The notes under the pieces were generated by a model. It saw only the letters and a list, made by a program, of their open reading frames with translations. It was not told where the DNA came from and searched no databases. Shown in pieces: positions 17,646 through 26,908 of a DNA stretch of 45,849 nt; position 1 is the stretch's first letter; the number at the start of each line of letters is the position of its first letter. This DNA is from Candidatus Dojkabacteria bacterium. Lineage in GTDB: Bacteria; Patescibacteriota; Dojkabacteria; J137. The stretch spans positions 1 to 45,849 of the forward strand of contig JBDSRX010000051.1 of the NCBI GenBank assembly GCA_039929105.1, given 5' to 3'. The translations under genes were made by a program, and so were the position numbers.

Positions 17646-17713
17646 ATGTCATCCTGAGGCTCTCGAAGGATGTATATTAACAGATTCATAGTTCGAGAAC
17701 CTCACCATGACAT
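17646..17713. repeat. REP-like palindromic element (ATGTCATCCTGAGGCTCTCGAAGGATG...GTTCGAGAACCTCACCATGACAT)
   Basis: Terminal inverted repeat ATGTCAT/ATGACAT with complementary arms; abuts the stop codon at 17714. Confidence 0.8.
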
Positions 17714-18303
17714 TTAGATTTTAGTAAGAATCCTATCTTCAATTCTATATTCTTTATCTATACCAATCTGGTTTAGAAAGTTCTTATTGTGAGAAATTAC
17801 TAGTAAAGCTCCTTTAAAATCATTGAGAGCTTCAACTAATATTTCAATTGTAGAAATATCTAAATTGTTTGTAGGCTCATCAAGTAGAACTACTTCAGGG
17901 TTAAAACTAAATGCATGAGCAATATTAATTTTTGTAAGTTCACCCCCACTTAAATCTTTAAGTTTAGTTTCTGGATTTAACTTAGTCATAAATATTTTCT
18001 CATACTCATCGAGTATCATCCACCATTCATCAAAGCTTTGAATATATTCATAAACTGTTTTTTCTGATTTATTTTTTTAATCTCAAACTGCTTAACGTAA
18101 GCAATTTTGTAATCTGCTAGTACCCTGCTAGATGTAGGTTCGTTCTGTTTAGAAAGAATTTTTAGTAGAGTAGTTTTGCCGCTACCATTATTTCCTACTA
18201 AACCAATTCTTGCGTTTTGTTTAATAGACGCAGAAATATTGTCTAATATAGATTTGTTGTTAATATTAACTTTTAAATTGTGAAAGGTTATAACCGAATG
18301 CAT
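17714..18303 (-). pseudogene. Single-domain ABC-F-like ATPase split by a frameshift near an A7 tract
   Basis: Walker A GNNGSGKTT in 18016-18303; LSGGE, LLDEPTNNLD, ISHN in 17714-18019; adding one A at 18072-18078 joins the frames (..KSEKTVYEYIQSFDEWWMIL..). Confidence 0.8.
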
Positions 18304-18319
18304 AGAATTGAAGGTTCAA

Positions 18320-19033
18320 TTAACCCTCGATAGTTCCCATTTTTTCATCTGTTAAAAGTTCTCTTTCTTTTTCAATTGATATAAATGGAAATATTGCCTC
18401 CCCACCCAATTCTATTTCAGTCACCTCAGGGTAAATCTCAGATAATGTTTTGCTTTCCTTAAATCTTTTAGGAGATTTTATATTTCTGTAGAAAGCATAT
18501 TCACCTCTTTCGTTAAATTTAATTGTGTATGGAATTTCTTCCGAACCAACTTTTTTAATGTGAAAGATTTTGAATGCATTTAGAAAGGCAACTTGAGGAA
18601 TATCTGTTGCTAATGCAGCGCTTTTTACATTATATGCAATTAACGGAAGTTCTAGTAAAGATGATTCATCCAAATTCTTTTTCTTTAATTCACCTAGAAA
18701 TCTCTTACTATGTCTTACAGACATAAACTTTTCTGATTTCATATCGAATAATATATCTGCAAAATCAGAAGGATTTACAAAGCTGTTTGTTCCATTTCCT
18801 TGTACAAAGATATAAATTAATTGACCATTACTTTCACTAATGCCCTCATATATTGTCATTGGGACCTTAGGTATTTCTCCAGTTCCGGTAAGATATAGAT
18901 AAATTAATTGGGCATCATAGTTATTCTCTAAGTTTACTTCAGTTATTTCTTCTACTCCTTCATGTTTAATGGATTCTATTATTTGAATAATATCAGGTCC
19001 ATTTAATGTGGCTATTGCATCAGGTAAATACAT
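18320..19033 (-). CDS. Hypothetical protein
   Basis: 237-aa ORF, upstream TGCTATACT extended -10. Confidence 0.7.
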   Translation of the reverse strand: MYLPDAIATLNGPDIIQIIESIKHEGVEEITEVNLENNYDAQLIYLYLTGTGEIPKVPMTIYEGISESNGQLIYIFVQGNGTNSFVNPSDFADILFDMKSEKFMSVRHSKRFLGELKKKNLDESSLLELPLIAYNVKSAALATDIPQVAFLNAFKIFHIKKVGSEEIPYTIKFNERGEYAFYRNIKSPKRFKESKTLSEIYPEVTEIELGGEAIFPFISIEKERELLTDEKMGTIEG

Positions 19034-19072
19034 ATATTTATTTTTAATATATAAATAAAGTATAGCATTCGA

Positions 19073-19501
19073 TTAGAATTCTATTGCAGTAGAAAAGTCT
19101 CTAATTTGGTCGTTAAAGGTCATAAGTCTTTCTCCTGATTTTGAAAAGATAACTAATGCAGATAACCCAAAATCAGTTAGGTGGGCAGTAAATACAAATG
19201 CCTCTCTGAAATTTATAGTAACTGCTCTCGATATATCGTGCTTAGCTTTCCCATCTACATTTATATCATCGGTGGGAGGAATAAATGTAATTACAACACC
19301 CTGTACCTGTTCAAAAGCAAATTGATTAGCTTTAAAAATAGATAGAACTTTATTAATATTTGCATGTCTTATTCTTTTACTTGCATCGTCATCTGCTAAT
19401 GGAATTTGAACTGTTTGAATCAACTTTATACCTTGAAGGGTAGGAAGGATTGTTTTCTCGTAATCAAACTCAGCTTTTAGTATGTCTAAAGGATTTTGCA
19501 T
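19073..19501 (-). CDS. Hypothetical protein
   Basis: 142-aa ORF. Confidence 0.65.
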   Translation of the reverse strand: MQNPLDILKAEFDYEKTILPTLQGIKLIQTVQIPLADDDASKRIRHANINKVLSIFKANQFAFEQVQGVVITFIPPTDDINVDGKAKHDISRAVTINFREAFVFTAHLTDFGLSALVIFSKSGERLMTFNDQIRDFSTAIEF

Positions 19502-19576
19502 CTAATTTATGTTTTATATATTCTATTTCCGCGATTATCGCTTCCTAGAACAATAAAATCAACATAAATTTACAGA

Positions 19577-19975
19577 TCACTTGTCTGGGTCAAATGATTC
19601 TATTATCCTAATCCTTTGCACTTCTTTTGGTTCATAAGCTATAAAGAAATAATCTTCCTCTTCTATATTTGAGATTATAAATAGCATGTTAGGAGCTTTA
19701 CTTAATTTATCTACAAGTTCTGGGTCTAGTTTATATTGAGTCTTAATCACATTAGTCCAAAATTCTCTTCCTTCACCAAAAGAAATAGGAGTTAACTCGT
19801 GATCTGGATATTGTTTGGCAAAATTTATTACCTCTTGAGGTATGTCAATTATCTCTTGTTGTACTTCATCTTCAAAAAACTCATCTGTCTTATCATCATC
19901 AGGTAACGCTTTAGATGGATCGAAAGCATCTTTTTTTAATGATTTTAGAAAGTTATCCAGCATGTCAGAAGCCAT
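19577..19975 (-). CDS. Hypothetical acidic protein
   Basis: 132-aa ORF starting 2 nt after the tsaC-tsaE stop. Confidence 0.7.
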   Translation of the reverse strand: MASDMLDNFLKSLKKDAFDPSKALPDDDKTDEFFEDEVQQEIIDIPQEVINFAKQYPDHELTPISFGEGREFWTNVIKTQYKLDPELVDKLSKAPNMLFIISNIEEEDYFFIAYEPKEVQRIRIIESFDPDK

Positions 19976-19977
19976 AT

Positions 19978-21078
19978 TTAGTTTTTAAAAACTTTTATTT
20001 CTCGTCTATCTCCATCAAGAATAACAAAGTCTACATAAAAATACTCTAATTCATTAAAAAATTTATCATCTAAAAACATAATTACACTGGGCCATTCAAT
20101 AACAATTACATTAGAATTTTTAAACCATTCATAAAATTTTAATGCTTCTAAGTCTTTTTTTGTTTGTATTCGCCATGCATCAAAGTGGAAGAGTTTCTGG
20201 TTAATAGTTAATGGTTGATGGTTGGAATTATTAGGAATTGGATACTCACTAACATAGGTGTAAGTAGGAGATTTAATAACTTGTTGTATTCCTAATGCTT
20301 TGGCAATACCTTTTGTAAAATGCGTTTTACCAGCGCCAAGTTCTCCAGAAAGTAAGAAGGTTATAGGTTGCTGGTTACTAGTTTCTTGTTGAATTTTTTT
20401 TATTAGCTCTTCTGCAAAAGCTATCGTTTCTTCTACATTATTTGAAATTCGTAATTCGTAATTTGTCATTCGGGTAGGATCGATCCTACCTTGTCTGTAA
20501 ATCTTTAAGTCTTCATTAGTAGTATCTATAACTGTTGAAGGTGGGTTTCTTGGCAAGTCTCCTGCATCTATTGCAAGATCTATAAGTTCTAATTTGTTTT
20601 CACTAAGTCCATCTAAAATATCTTTAATAGAGTAGGGAGTTTTTCCTCCTCCAACATTTGCAGAAGTAGATGTTATTGGTTTCCCAAAGGCAGTTACTAA
20701 ATCTAGAACAAATTTATAATTTGGAATTCTAATGCCTAATGTTCCATTTTCTGCTTCTAATCTAGAGTCAACAATATGTTTGGAATTAGAGACTATTGTT
20801 ACTGGACCAGGTAAGAACTTATCAAATATATTATCTGCAGTAGAGTTAATCTCAACATATTGTGAAGCCATGTCTTTAGAATTTACAGCAATTGAAATCG
20901 CTTTTCCTGGAGGTCTTTGTTTGTATTTAAGTAATTTTGAAACGGCATCTTCATTAGATGCATCTACTGCCATACCATAAGAGGTTTCAGTAGGGAAGAT
21001 AATTAATCCACCTTCTTTCAGTACTTTTAGGCTCTTTTCTAAAGCTTCATCTGTATTTGTAATTGGTACTGTTAGCAT
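19978..21078 (-). CDS. tsaC-tsaE: TsaC (YrdC/Sua5)-TsaE (YjeE) fusion, t6A biosynthesis
   Basis: PTETSYG, K.RP..K, PGPVT, GIRIP, STSAN, PSTVID; then GELGAGKT, SPTYT, HFDAWR, IEWP. Confidence 0.93.
   Translation of the reverse strand: MLTVPITNTDEALEKSLKVLKEGGLIIFPTETSYGMAVDASNEDAVSKLLKYKQRPPGKAISIAVNSKDMASQYVEINSTADNIFDKFLPGPVTIVSNSKHIVDSRLEAENGTLGIRIPNYKFVLDLVTAFGKPITSTSANVGGGKTPYSIKDILDGLSENKLELIDLAIDAGDLPRNPPSTVIDTTNEDLKIYRQGRIDPTRMTNYELRISNNVEETIAFAEELIKKIQQETSNQQPITFLLSGELGAGKTHFTKGIAKALGIQQVIKSPTYTYVSEYPIPNNSNHQPLTINQKLFHFDAWRIQTKKDLEALKFYEWFKNSNVIVIEWPSVIMFLDDKFFNELEYFYVDFVILDGDRREIKVFKN
20192..20223 (-). repeat. In-frame heptamer array (AACCATC AACCATT AACTATT AACCAGA AACT) in TsaE domain
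   Basis: 7-nt periodicity; encodes NHQPLTINQKL. Confidence 0.8.
20356..20390 (-). repeat. In-frame heptamer array (AACAAGA AACTAGT AACCAGC AACCTAT AACCTTC) before TsaE P-loop
   Basis: 7-nt periodicity; encodes QQETSNQQPITF. Confidence 0.8.
20437..20471 (-). repeat. In-frame heptamer array (GAATGAC AAATTAC GAATTAC GAATTTC AAATAAT) at the TsaC-TsaE junction
   Basis: 7-nt periodicity; encodes MTNYELRISNN; same family as 7123. Confidence 0.8.
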
Positions 21079-21156
21079 ATCTGATATTGAATAGTACGGG
21101 TTTTTGTGGTTTAATGTATGATATTACCTCGCACCTAACTATTTAGATTATAAACT

Positions 21157-22422
21157 ATGAAACTAAATTGGAAAAGGATTCTCATAATTGCACTTTCAAT
21201 ACTACCGCTAGTTTTACCAATATATAGAGTAAAAGCAGGAGCACTAGAAGATCAATTAGCAGACCTACAAAATCAAATTGCAAATATACAATCACAAAAA
21301 AATGGGATTCAATCTGAGATTGATGCTCAAAACTACACAATCCTTGGATACAATTCTCAAATTTCAGCCCTCTACGGAGAAGCTCAAGTTTACCAAAAGA
21401 GTATTGACGAAACAGAACTTCAAATTAAAACTATTCAATTAACAATTGAGAAAATAAATATTGATATTGCTGCTAAAGAAGCTGAGATAGAAAAGAACAA
21501 AGCTACTATTGCAACTTTAGAAAAAGAATCTAAGAAGAGAATAGACGAAAGTTATATGAAGTTTAGAATGTTAGGAGCAAATACAGAAGTTGGAAGTAAT
21601 CTATTGTTCACTTCTAATATAAACTCATACTTTAAAAATTCTCAGTATAAAGAAGTTATTCAAAACGACACTAACAATTTACTTGTAGATTTAGCAAAAT
21701 TGAAGGCAGACTTAGATGTCAAGAAAACAGAATTAAACAATCAAATGATTGAACAAAAAAGACAACAAGATCTTATCAATGTTAAATCTGAAGATTTAAA
21801 AACTAAAAAGTCTGAAGTAGATGCAAAAATGGCAGTCTTTTATGCAAGAGCTGCAGAAGCGCAAGCAGTTAGTGGTCAATATCAGAATACAATTGCAGTT
21901 CTTAACGAACAACAAGCAAGGGTATCTGCTCAATCTAACTACATTCAACAAGAAATTATGAATAGTTATGTTCCAGCAGATAATGGACAATATGTTGTTG
22001 CAGGAACTTATATTGGTCAACAAGGTTGTACTGGTTTATGCACAGGACCACATCTTCACTTTATGGTTTGTATTGATAACTGTAATGTTGGAGGAGGGTT
22101 ACAAAATCCATGTGATTATCTTGGCCCAGGAGGAGTTTGTGGAGGTGGAGGAAGTTTACAATGGCCATTAAGAGGAAGTTTTTCTTATAATAGTACTTAC
22201 GGAAGTAGATGTTTCTGGTGGGATGGAGTAGGTAACTACTGTGATTTCCATACAGGTATTGATATTGCTGGTAGCCCGTGGAATTCACCTATTTTTGCTG
22301 CACATGATGGTTATGTACATAAGTTCTGGAATGATGGTTACGGTGCTCAATACATTATTCTTTGTCAGAATGCTAATTGTACTGGGTTGAAAACAGGATA
22401 TTGGCATTTGAGTGCGTTCTAA
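21157..22422 (+). CDS. Secreted coiled-coil protein with circularly permuted M23 peptidase domain
   Basis: Signal peptide, long coiled coil, TGPHLHF before HTGIDI..PIFAAHDG..YWHL. Confidence 0.85.
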   Translation: MKLNWKRILIIALSILPLVLPIYRVKAGALEDQLADLQNQIANIQSQKNGIQSEIDAQNYTILGYNSQISALYGEAQVYQKSIDETELQIKTIQLTIEKINIDIAAKEAEIEKNKATIATLEKESKKRIDESYMKFRMLGANTEVGSNLLFTSNINSYFKNSQYKEVIQNDTNNLLVDLAKLKADLDVKKTELNNQMIEQKRQQDLINVKSEDLKTKKSEVDAKMAVFYARAAEAQAVSGQYQNTIAVLNEQQARVSAQSNYIQQEIMNSYVPADNGQYVVAGTYIGQQGCTGLCTGPHLHFMVCIDNCNVGGGLQNPCDYLGPGGVCGGGGSLQWPLRGSFSYNSTYGSRCFWWDGVGNYCDFHTGIDIAGSPWNSPIFAAHDGYVHKFWNDGYGAQYIILCQNANCTGLKTGYWHLSAF

Positions 22423-22448
22423 TATAGGTACTTTCAGTTAGTTTCTTT

Positions 22449-23057
22449 GTGATGTTGAATTCAAAACTCAAACTATTAATTTGTTTAATAACAAGTCTAT
22501 CGATTCTAGCCTCCCCAGCAGCTATACATGCTCAACCCCAAGCTATAGTAAATGTAACCACGTCTGTACAAGCCTGTTTATTAGATATAGTTGTTAGACC
22601 AGAGGCTAGAGTTCCAGCAATTAATAATTGGGATTCAATAGTCGATATAACTATTTTACGAAACGATAACACTCTTCTTGCTGCATTTACTTTAAACACA
22701 AATATTCAAGGACTAGGAACTTATGACTTCTGTTTAAATGGAATATTTCCAACACCTGGTACATATAAATTTTATGCAAAAGGAATCTCCCATCTTAGAA
22801 AAAGATTCTTGGGAGTATCAACTTTTAATGCCTATCACGACCTTGTGAACTTAACAGGAGCCAGTAATTTCTTAATTGCTGGGGAAGTTAGTAATGTAAT
22901 CGACAACAAGATTAACTCTCTAGATATGTCCTACGTGCAAAATAAAATAGCTACAACAGATTATAAAGCTGACTTAAATCAAGACGGTATTGTGAGCTCA
23001 CTTGATACAACTATAGTTCAAAACAATTACTTTAAGGTAGGAGATCCGATGCCATAA
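22449..23057 (+). CDS. Secreted dockerin-domain protein
   Basis: Signal peptide (AIHA), C-terminal paired Ca-binding repeats DNKINSLD and DLNQDGIVSSLD. Confidence 0.75.
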   Translation: MMLNSKLKLLICLITSLSILASPAAIHAQPQAIVNVTTSVQACLLDIVVRPEARVPAINNWDSIVDITILRNDNTLLAAFTLNTNIQGLGTYDFCLNGIFPTPGTYKFYAKGISHLRKRFLGVSTFNAYHDLVNLTGASNFLIAGEVSNVIDNKINSLDMSYVQNKIATTDYKADLNQDGIVSSLDTTIVQNNYFKVGDPMP

Positions 23058-25414
23058 TGATAAAAATTTCTTTTCCCAAAAAAAGAATATATTTCCTAGC
23101 ATTTTTCTTCTTAGGATTAGCTTTTATATTTGGAACAAAGACACAAGCAGCTTCGTATAATTTCCAACCAGCAAATCCAGTTATTGACGGAGAGTGTACA
23201 TCAACAATGGATATTTATGCTGATGTTACTGGAGAAGATTCAAATGCAGCAGATTTAGAAGTTACTTATAATACATCTCAAATTACAGTATTAGATGCAG
23301 ACCCAATGCTACCTGGAGTACAAATTATTCCTGGTAACGCGTACGAACTATTCTTTGCTAATGATGTAGATACAGGAACTGGAACAATTAGAATTGGAGC
23401 TGCATCTTTTATTACTACTCTCACTACAAATGCTTTATTTGCAACAATACAATTCAAAAGTAATCCAGGAATTTTAGCAACAACCTTTCATATTACATTT
23501 ACAGGAGTTGGAGACACATTAGATAGTAATATAGCGGAAACAACAACATCAAACGATTTACTTACTTCTACAACAGATGGTACTCCAACTTTTATTACAT
23601 CTTCATGTTCTACAAATCTGGATAATAACCCACCTGCTGTAAATTTTATAGCTCCTGTTAATAATCAAAATAATGTTTCAGTAACCCAACCAATCGTTAT
23701 TTCTTTAACCGATGATTACTCAGGAGTAAACATAACTACTTTTTCAATGAGTGTTGATGGAAATGTTTATAATTATGGTAGTCCTTATATTAATGTAACT
23801 GGAACACCAAATAACTATACTGTTACTTTTAATCCACCAATAGCGTGGTCTTATGGAAGTGGTCACAATGTGCAAGTTTCGGTAGAAGATAATACAGGGA
23901 AGTTAGGTTTAGGTTCAATCTATTTCACTACTGAACCAGCACCACCTACACCACCTCCTGTTATACCACCGCCAGTAATACCACCACCAGCAAACCCACC
24001 ACCTGGTCCCGTATCTGTACCTATTGAGCCACCTATATCTCCGCCACCAGTGGATAATGTAATTCCACCAGAAATTATTTTTGTAAATCCTAAAGACGGT
24101 CAAACTAATGTTCCTCCAGACACAAATATAATTATTCAAATATCTGAAGGAGAATATCCAATAGACTTCGGTACAGTTACATTTAATATTAATGGAACTA
24201 TAATTACATCTAGCGATCCTCGCGTTCAGGTAGTTAATAATAAAGGTAAATATATTTTTACTATTAATCCTAGTGGCTCGTTTAGTCCTGGTCAAAATGT
24301 AGTTGTGATAGTTAGTGGGAAAGATCTGTTAGAAAATGATTTCTCTAGCACTGGTAGATTTTCGATAACTACTCCTTTAGAAATGTTTCTTAAAGACCTA
24401 TTAGGAAAAGATGGCTTTCCTCAATTTAGAGGTACATTTTTTGGAAATATAATTAATACAATCGGAATTACCGGTATTCTCTCAGGACTGTCATTGTTGC
24501 TTCTAATTCTTGCATTGCTTATTAATAGTTCTAATATAATTGGTAATATTTTTGGAATTATTGCTTTATTACTTAATAAAAGAAAAAGGCCATGGGGAGT
24601 TATACTGGACTCTAAAACACAAAAACCAGTTTCTTTTGCGACAGTAAGGCTAGTAGTAGAAAACACATTAGAAGTAATTGCACAAACTGTAAGTGCATTG
24701 GATGGTACATATGGCTTTAATATTTCTGAAGGAAAATATACATTAGAAGTAAGGCATCCTCAATATAAAATCTTTAAAACTTCAATAGAAATTCAGAAGG
24801 ACGAAGAAGGTTATGTATTAGATATCGAGCTTGCATCAATACTTGGAGATGGAGTTAGTAGGCCTAAATTTAAAGATAAGTTAAAAGCATCTTTCTTATC
24901 TTTCTATAATAAGTTTAGAGATGCATTTTTCATATTTGGATTTTTATTTGCAGTACTTAGTATTTTAATTTCCCCTTCAATTTGGAATTGGATTATCTTT
25001 GGAATTTTCTTATTAATAATATTCTTCAATGTGATTCTCGAATATAAATCTAGAAGTCTATTCTCAGATGTTGAAGACGCGCAAACAGGAAAGAAAGTTC
25101 CATTCGCAATAGTTAAAATATATGAACTAATTTCCTATAAAAATATTGATACCCGAGTATGTGATAGCAGAGGAAACTTTGATTATTACGGAGAGCCAGG
25201 TGAATACGGAGTAGTGGTTGCATCTAAAGGATATAAATTCCCATCAAAGACTCAAACAAATCTGCCAATAATTACTGATATGTATTCAGGAATGGTAAGA
25301 ACAAACTTAACGAAGGGTAAGAATAAATTGAGACTTTTCTTAGATCCAGATGAGTCTGTGTTAGTACAGGTTAATCAAGGTGAAAGAGCATCAATTCAAA
25401 GTCCATTTGGTTAA
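23057..25414 (+). CDS. Cell-surface protein: cohesin, Ig-like domains, Pro-rich linker, TM helices, carboxypeptidase-regulatory-like domains
   Basis: Signal peptide; cohesin-like AADLEVTYN..DADP..PGVQI..FATIQFK; two PP.V/I.F..P Ig repeats; poly-Pro; PWGVILDS..QKPV..A.V..DG.Y.F..G.Y.L.V.HP.Y. Confidence 0.75.
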   Translation: MIKISFPKKRIYFLAFFFLGLAFIFGTKTQAASYNFQPANPVIDGECTSTMDIYADVTGEDSNAADLEVTYNTSQITVLDADPMLPGVQIIPGNAYELFFANDVDTGTGTIRIGAASFITTLTTNALFATIQFKSNPGILATTFHITFTGVGDTLDSNIAETTTSNDLLTSTTDGTPTFITSSCSTNLDNNPPAVNFIAPVNNQNNVSVTQPIVISLTDDYSGVNITTFSMSVDGNVYNYGSPYINVTGTPNNYTVTFNPPIAWSYGSGHNVQVSVEDNTGKLGLGSIYFTTEPAPPTPPPVIPPPVIPPPANPPPGPVSVPIEPPISPPPVDNVIPPEIIFVNPKDGQTNVPPDTNIIIQISEGEYPIDFGTVTFNINGTIITSSDPRVQVVNNKGKYIFTINPSGSFSPGQNVVVIVSGKDLLENDFSSTGRFSITTPLEMFLKDLLGKDGFPQFRGTFFGNIINTIGITGILSGLSLLLLILALLINSSNIIGNIFGIIALLLNKRKRPWGVILDSKTQKPVSFATVRLVVENTLEVIAQTVSALDGTYGFNISEGKYTLEVRHPQYKIFKTSIEIQKDEEGYVLDIELASILGDGVSRPKFKDKLKASFLSFYNKFRDAFFIFGFLFAVLSILISPSIWNWIIFGIFLLIIFFNVILEYKSRSLFSDVEDAQTGKKVPFAIVKIYELISYKNIDTRVCDSRGNFDYYGEPGEYGVVVASKGYKFPSKTQTNLPIITDMYSGMVRTNLTKGKNKLRLFLDPDESVLVQVNQGERASIQSPFG

Positions 25415-26734
25415 TTACTTAGCTGGGAAAATACTTAGAAATTGTTCCAATGTTGTTCCATCAGGTTTTAAATTCCTATTCCAATAGTTAATCATCACAT
25501 AAATAGATAGAAATACTAAAAGTGAGATTAGAATAAATAAAGATATTCTTAAGAACTTATTTCTCATGCTTATTATTTTCGCCATCAGTGCAGTAAAAGG
25601 AATTGATAATACAGCATAAGATTCAATAAATGCTCTGTGACCAAAGCCACCTCCGTAAGACCAAGCCCACCAACTTGAGATAATGAATAAGTTTAAAACA
25701 AAGAATGCTGCTGTTGGTAGAAGCCATGGCTTTAATTTTTTTCTTTGTAAGAATAATCCAATTATTCCAATAACAATTAATGGTGACCAGAACAATAATC
25801 CTCTTTGAATACTAAATAAAACATTCCCAATTTGTGGATGTGCAAAATCGAAGTATTCTCCTTTGTAAGAGAAAGAAAAGAACTCTCCAGTAATTATCCT
25901 CCAATATATTAATTGAGGCAGGAAAACTAAAATTGAAACGAATATGGATATAATAATACTTAGTTTGTGACTCCAAAAAAGTAATATCCTTTCTGTACTT
26001 TTTTTAAGATTTAAGTTCCATAATAATATAAAAATTAAAGGTAGAATTATATTAGTAGGTCGAACAAGTGCTATTAAGCCAACTAAAGTTCCTAATATAA
26101 CTGCATTTCTTTTATTAGAAATATTTTCAAACCAAATAGGCAAGAAATATAAAAACGCTGCAAATAAGAAGAACGAATAAGTGTGACTAAAAATACTATC
26201 GTAAGTTCCATAATGAAATAAATTTGTTCCAAAAGTCAGGATAGTTAAAGATATATAAATCACTTTATTACTAAAGTATTTTTCTAAAATCTTTTTTACA
26301 ACATATAACCCTAGAATCATATAAAACAAACCCGCAAATCCAATTAGTAATTGGTAGAAGAGAGTAAATCCGTTTGGAGTCTGATGGAAAACAATGCTAA
26401 GCACGTGTGCAGCAATAAAAAATGGAAGCATTAAAACTGCTTCTCCCATTGTATATTTATCTAAATAGTTCCCATTCTTAATTCTATTAATACCATTCCA
26501 ACTATCTGGTGTTGGAGCATTGTATTTTTGAGCCCTTTCATCCATCAAGCTTTTCATTGAAATATCTTTATGTATAAAGATTGAAGGTAAGTAAGAATAA
26601 TAACCAATACCATCGGATCTAATTGGAGGGGCATTAAATTGAAGAGCATAGACAAGAATAGTAGCAATAACTGAAATAATTGTCAGAGTTCCAACAAAAA
26701 TCTTGTCTGGCTTACTTATTTTAAATAAATTCAT
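25415..26734 (-). CDS. Polytopic GT-C fold glycosyltransferase
   Basis: SDGIGYYSYL acidic loop motif, ~10 TM helices, VRP, W.W..GGGFGHR. Confidence 0.75.
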   Translation of the reverse strand: MNLFKISKPDKIFVGTLTIISVIATILVYALQFNAPPIRSDGIGYYSYLPSIFIHKDISMKSLMDERAQKYNAPTPDSWNGINRIKNGNYLDKYTMGEAVLMLPFFIAAHVLSIVFHQTPNGFTLFYQLLIGFAGLFYMILGLYVVKKILEKYFSNKVIYISLTILTFGTNLFHYGTYDSIFSHTYSFFLFAAFLYFLPIWFENISNKRNAVILGTLVGLIALVRPTNIILPLIFILLWNLNLKKSTERILLFWSHKLSIIISIFVSILVFLPQLIYWRIITGEFFSFSYKGEYFDFAHPQIGNVLFSIQRGLLFWSPLIVIGIIGLFLQRKKLKPWLLPTAAFFVLNLFIISSWWAWSYGGGFGHRAFIESYAVLSIPFTALMAKIISMRNKFLRISLFILISLLVFLSIYVMINYWNRNLKPDGTTLEQFLSIFPAK

Positions 26735-26821
26735 TTAATAAAACTTCTAAATATTATTTCTTATAATATCGTAATTACTAATACAAATCATTTTAAACCT
26801 AAAAGTAAATTGTTTCTAAGC

Positions 26822-26882
26822 TTGACAAAGCATTCCCTTAACCAATAGAATGATTAAAGTAGGTGTGTCCCGGGCAAGGACA
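26822..26882 (+). promoter_or_regulatory. Sigma70 promoter TTGACA-N18-TAGAAT with downstream palindrome TGTGTCC-CGGGCAA-GGACA
   Basis: -35 at 26822, -10 at 26846, palindrome 26864-26882. Confidence 0.7.
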
Positions 26883-26908
26883 TCGCCAATATTTATTAAC
26901 AAAATACA

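Noticed and set aside
23935-24070. CCA-rich repetitive DNA
   Set aside because: Explained by the proline-rich linker codons of the cohesin protein.
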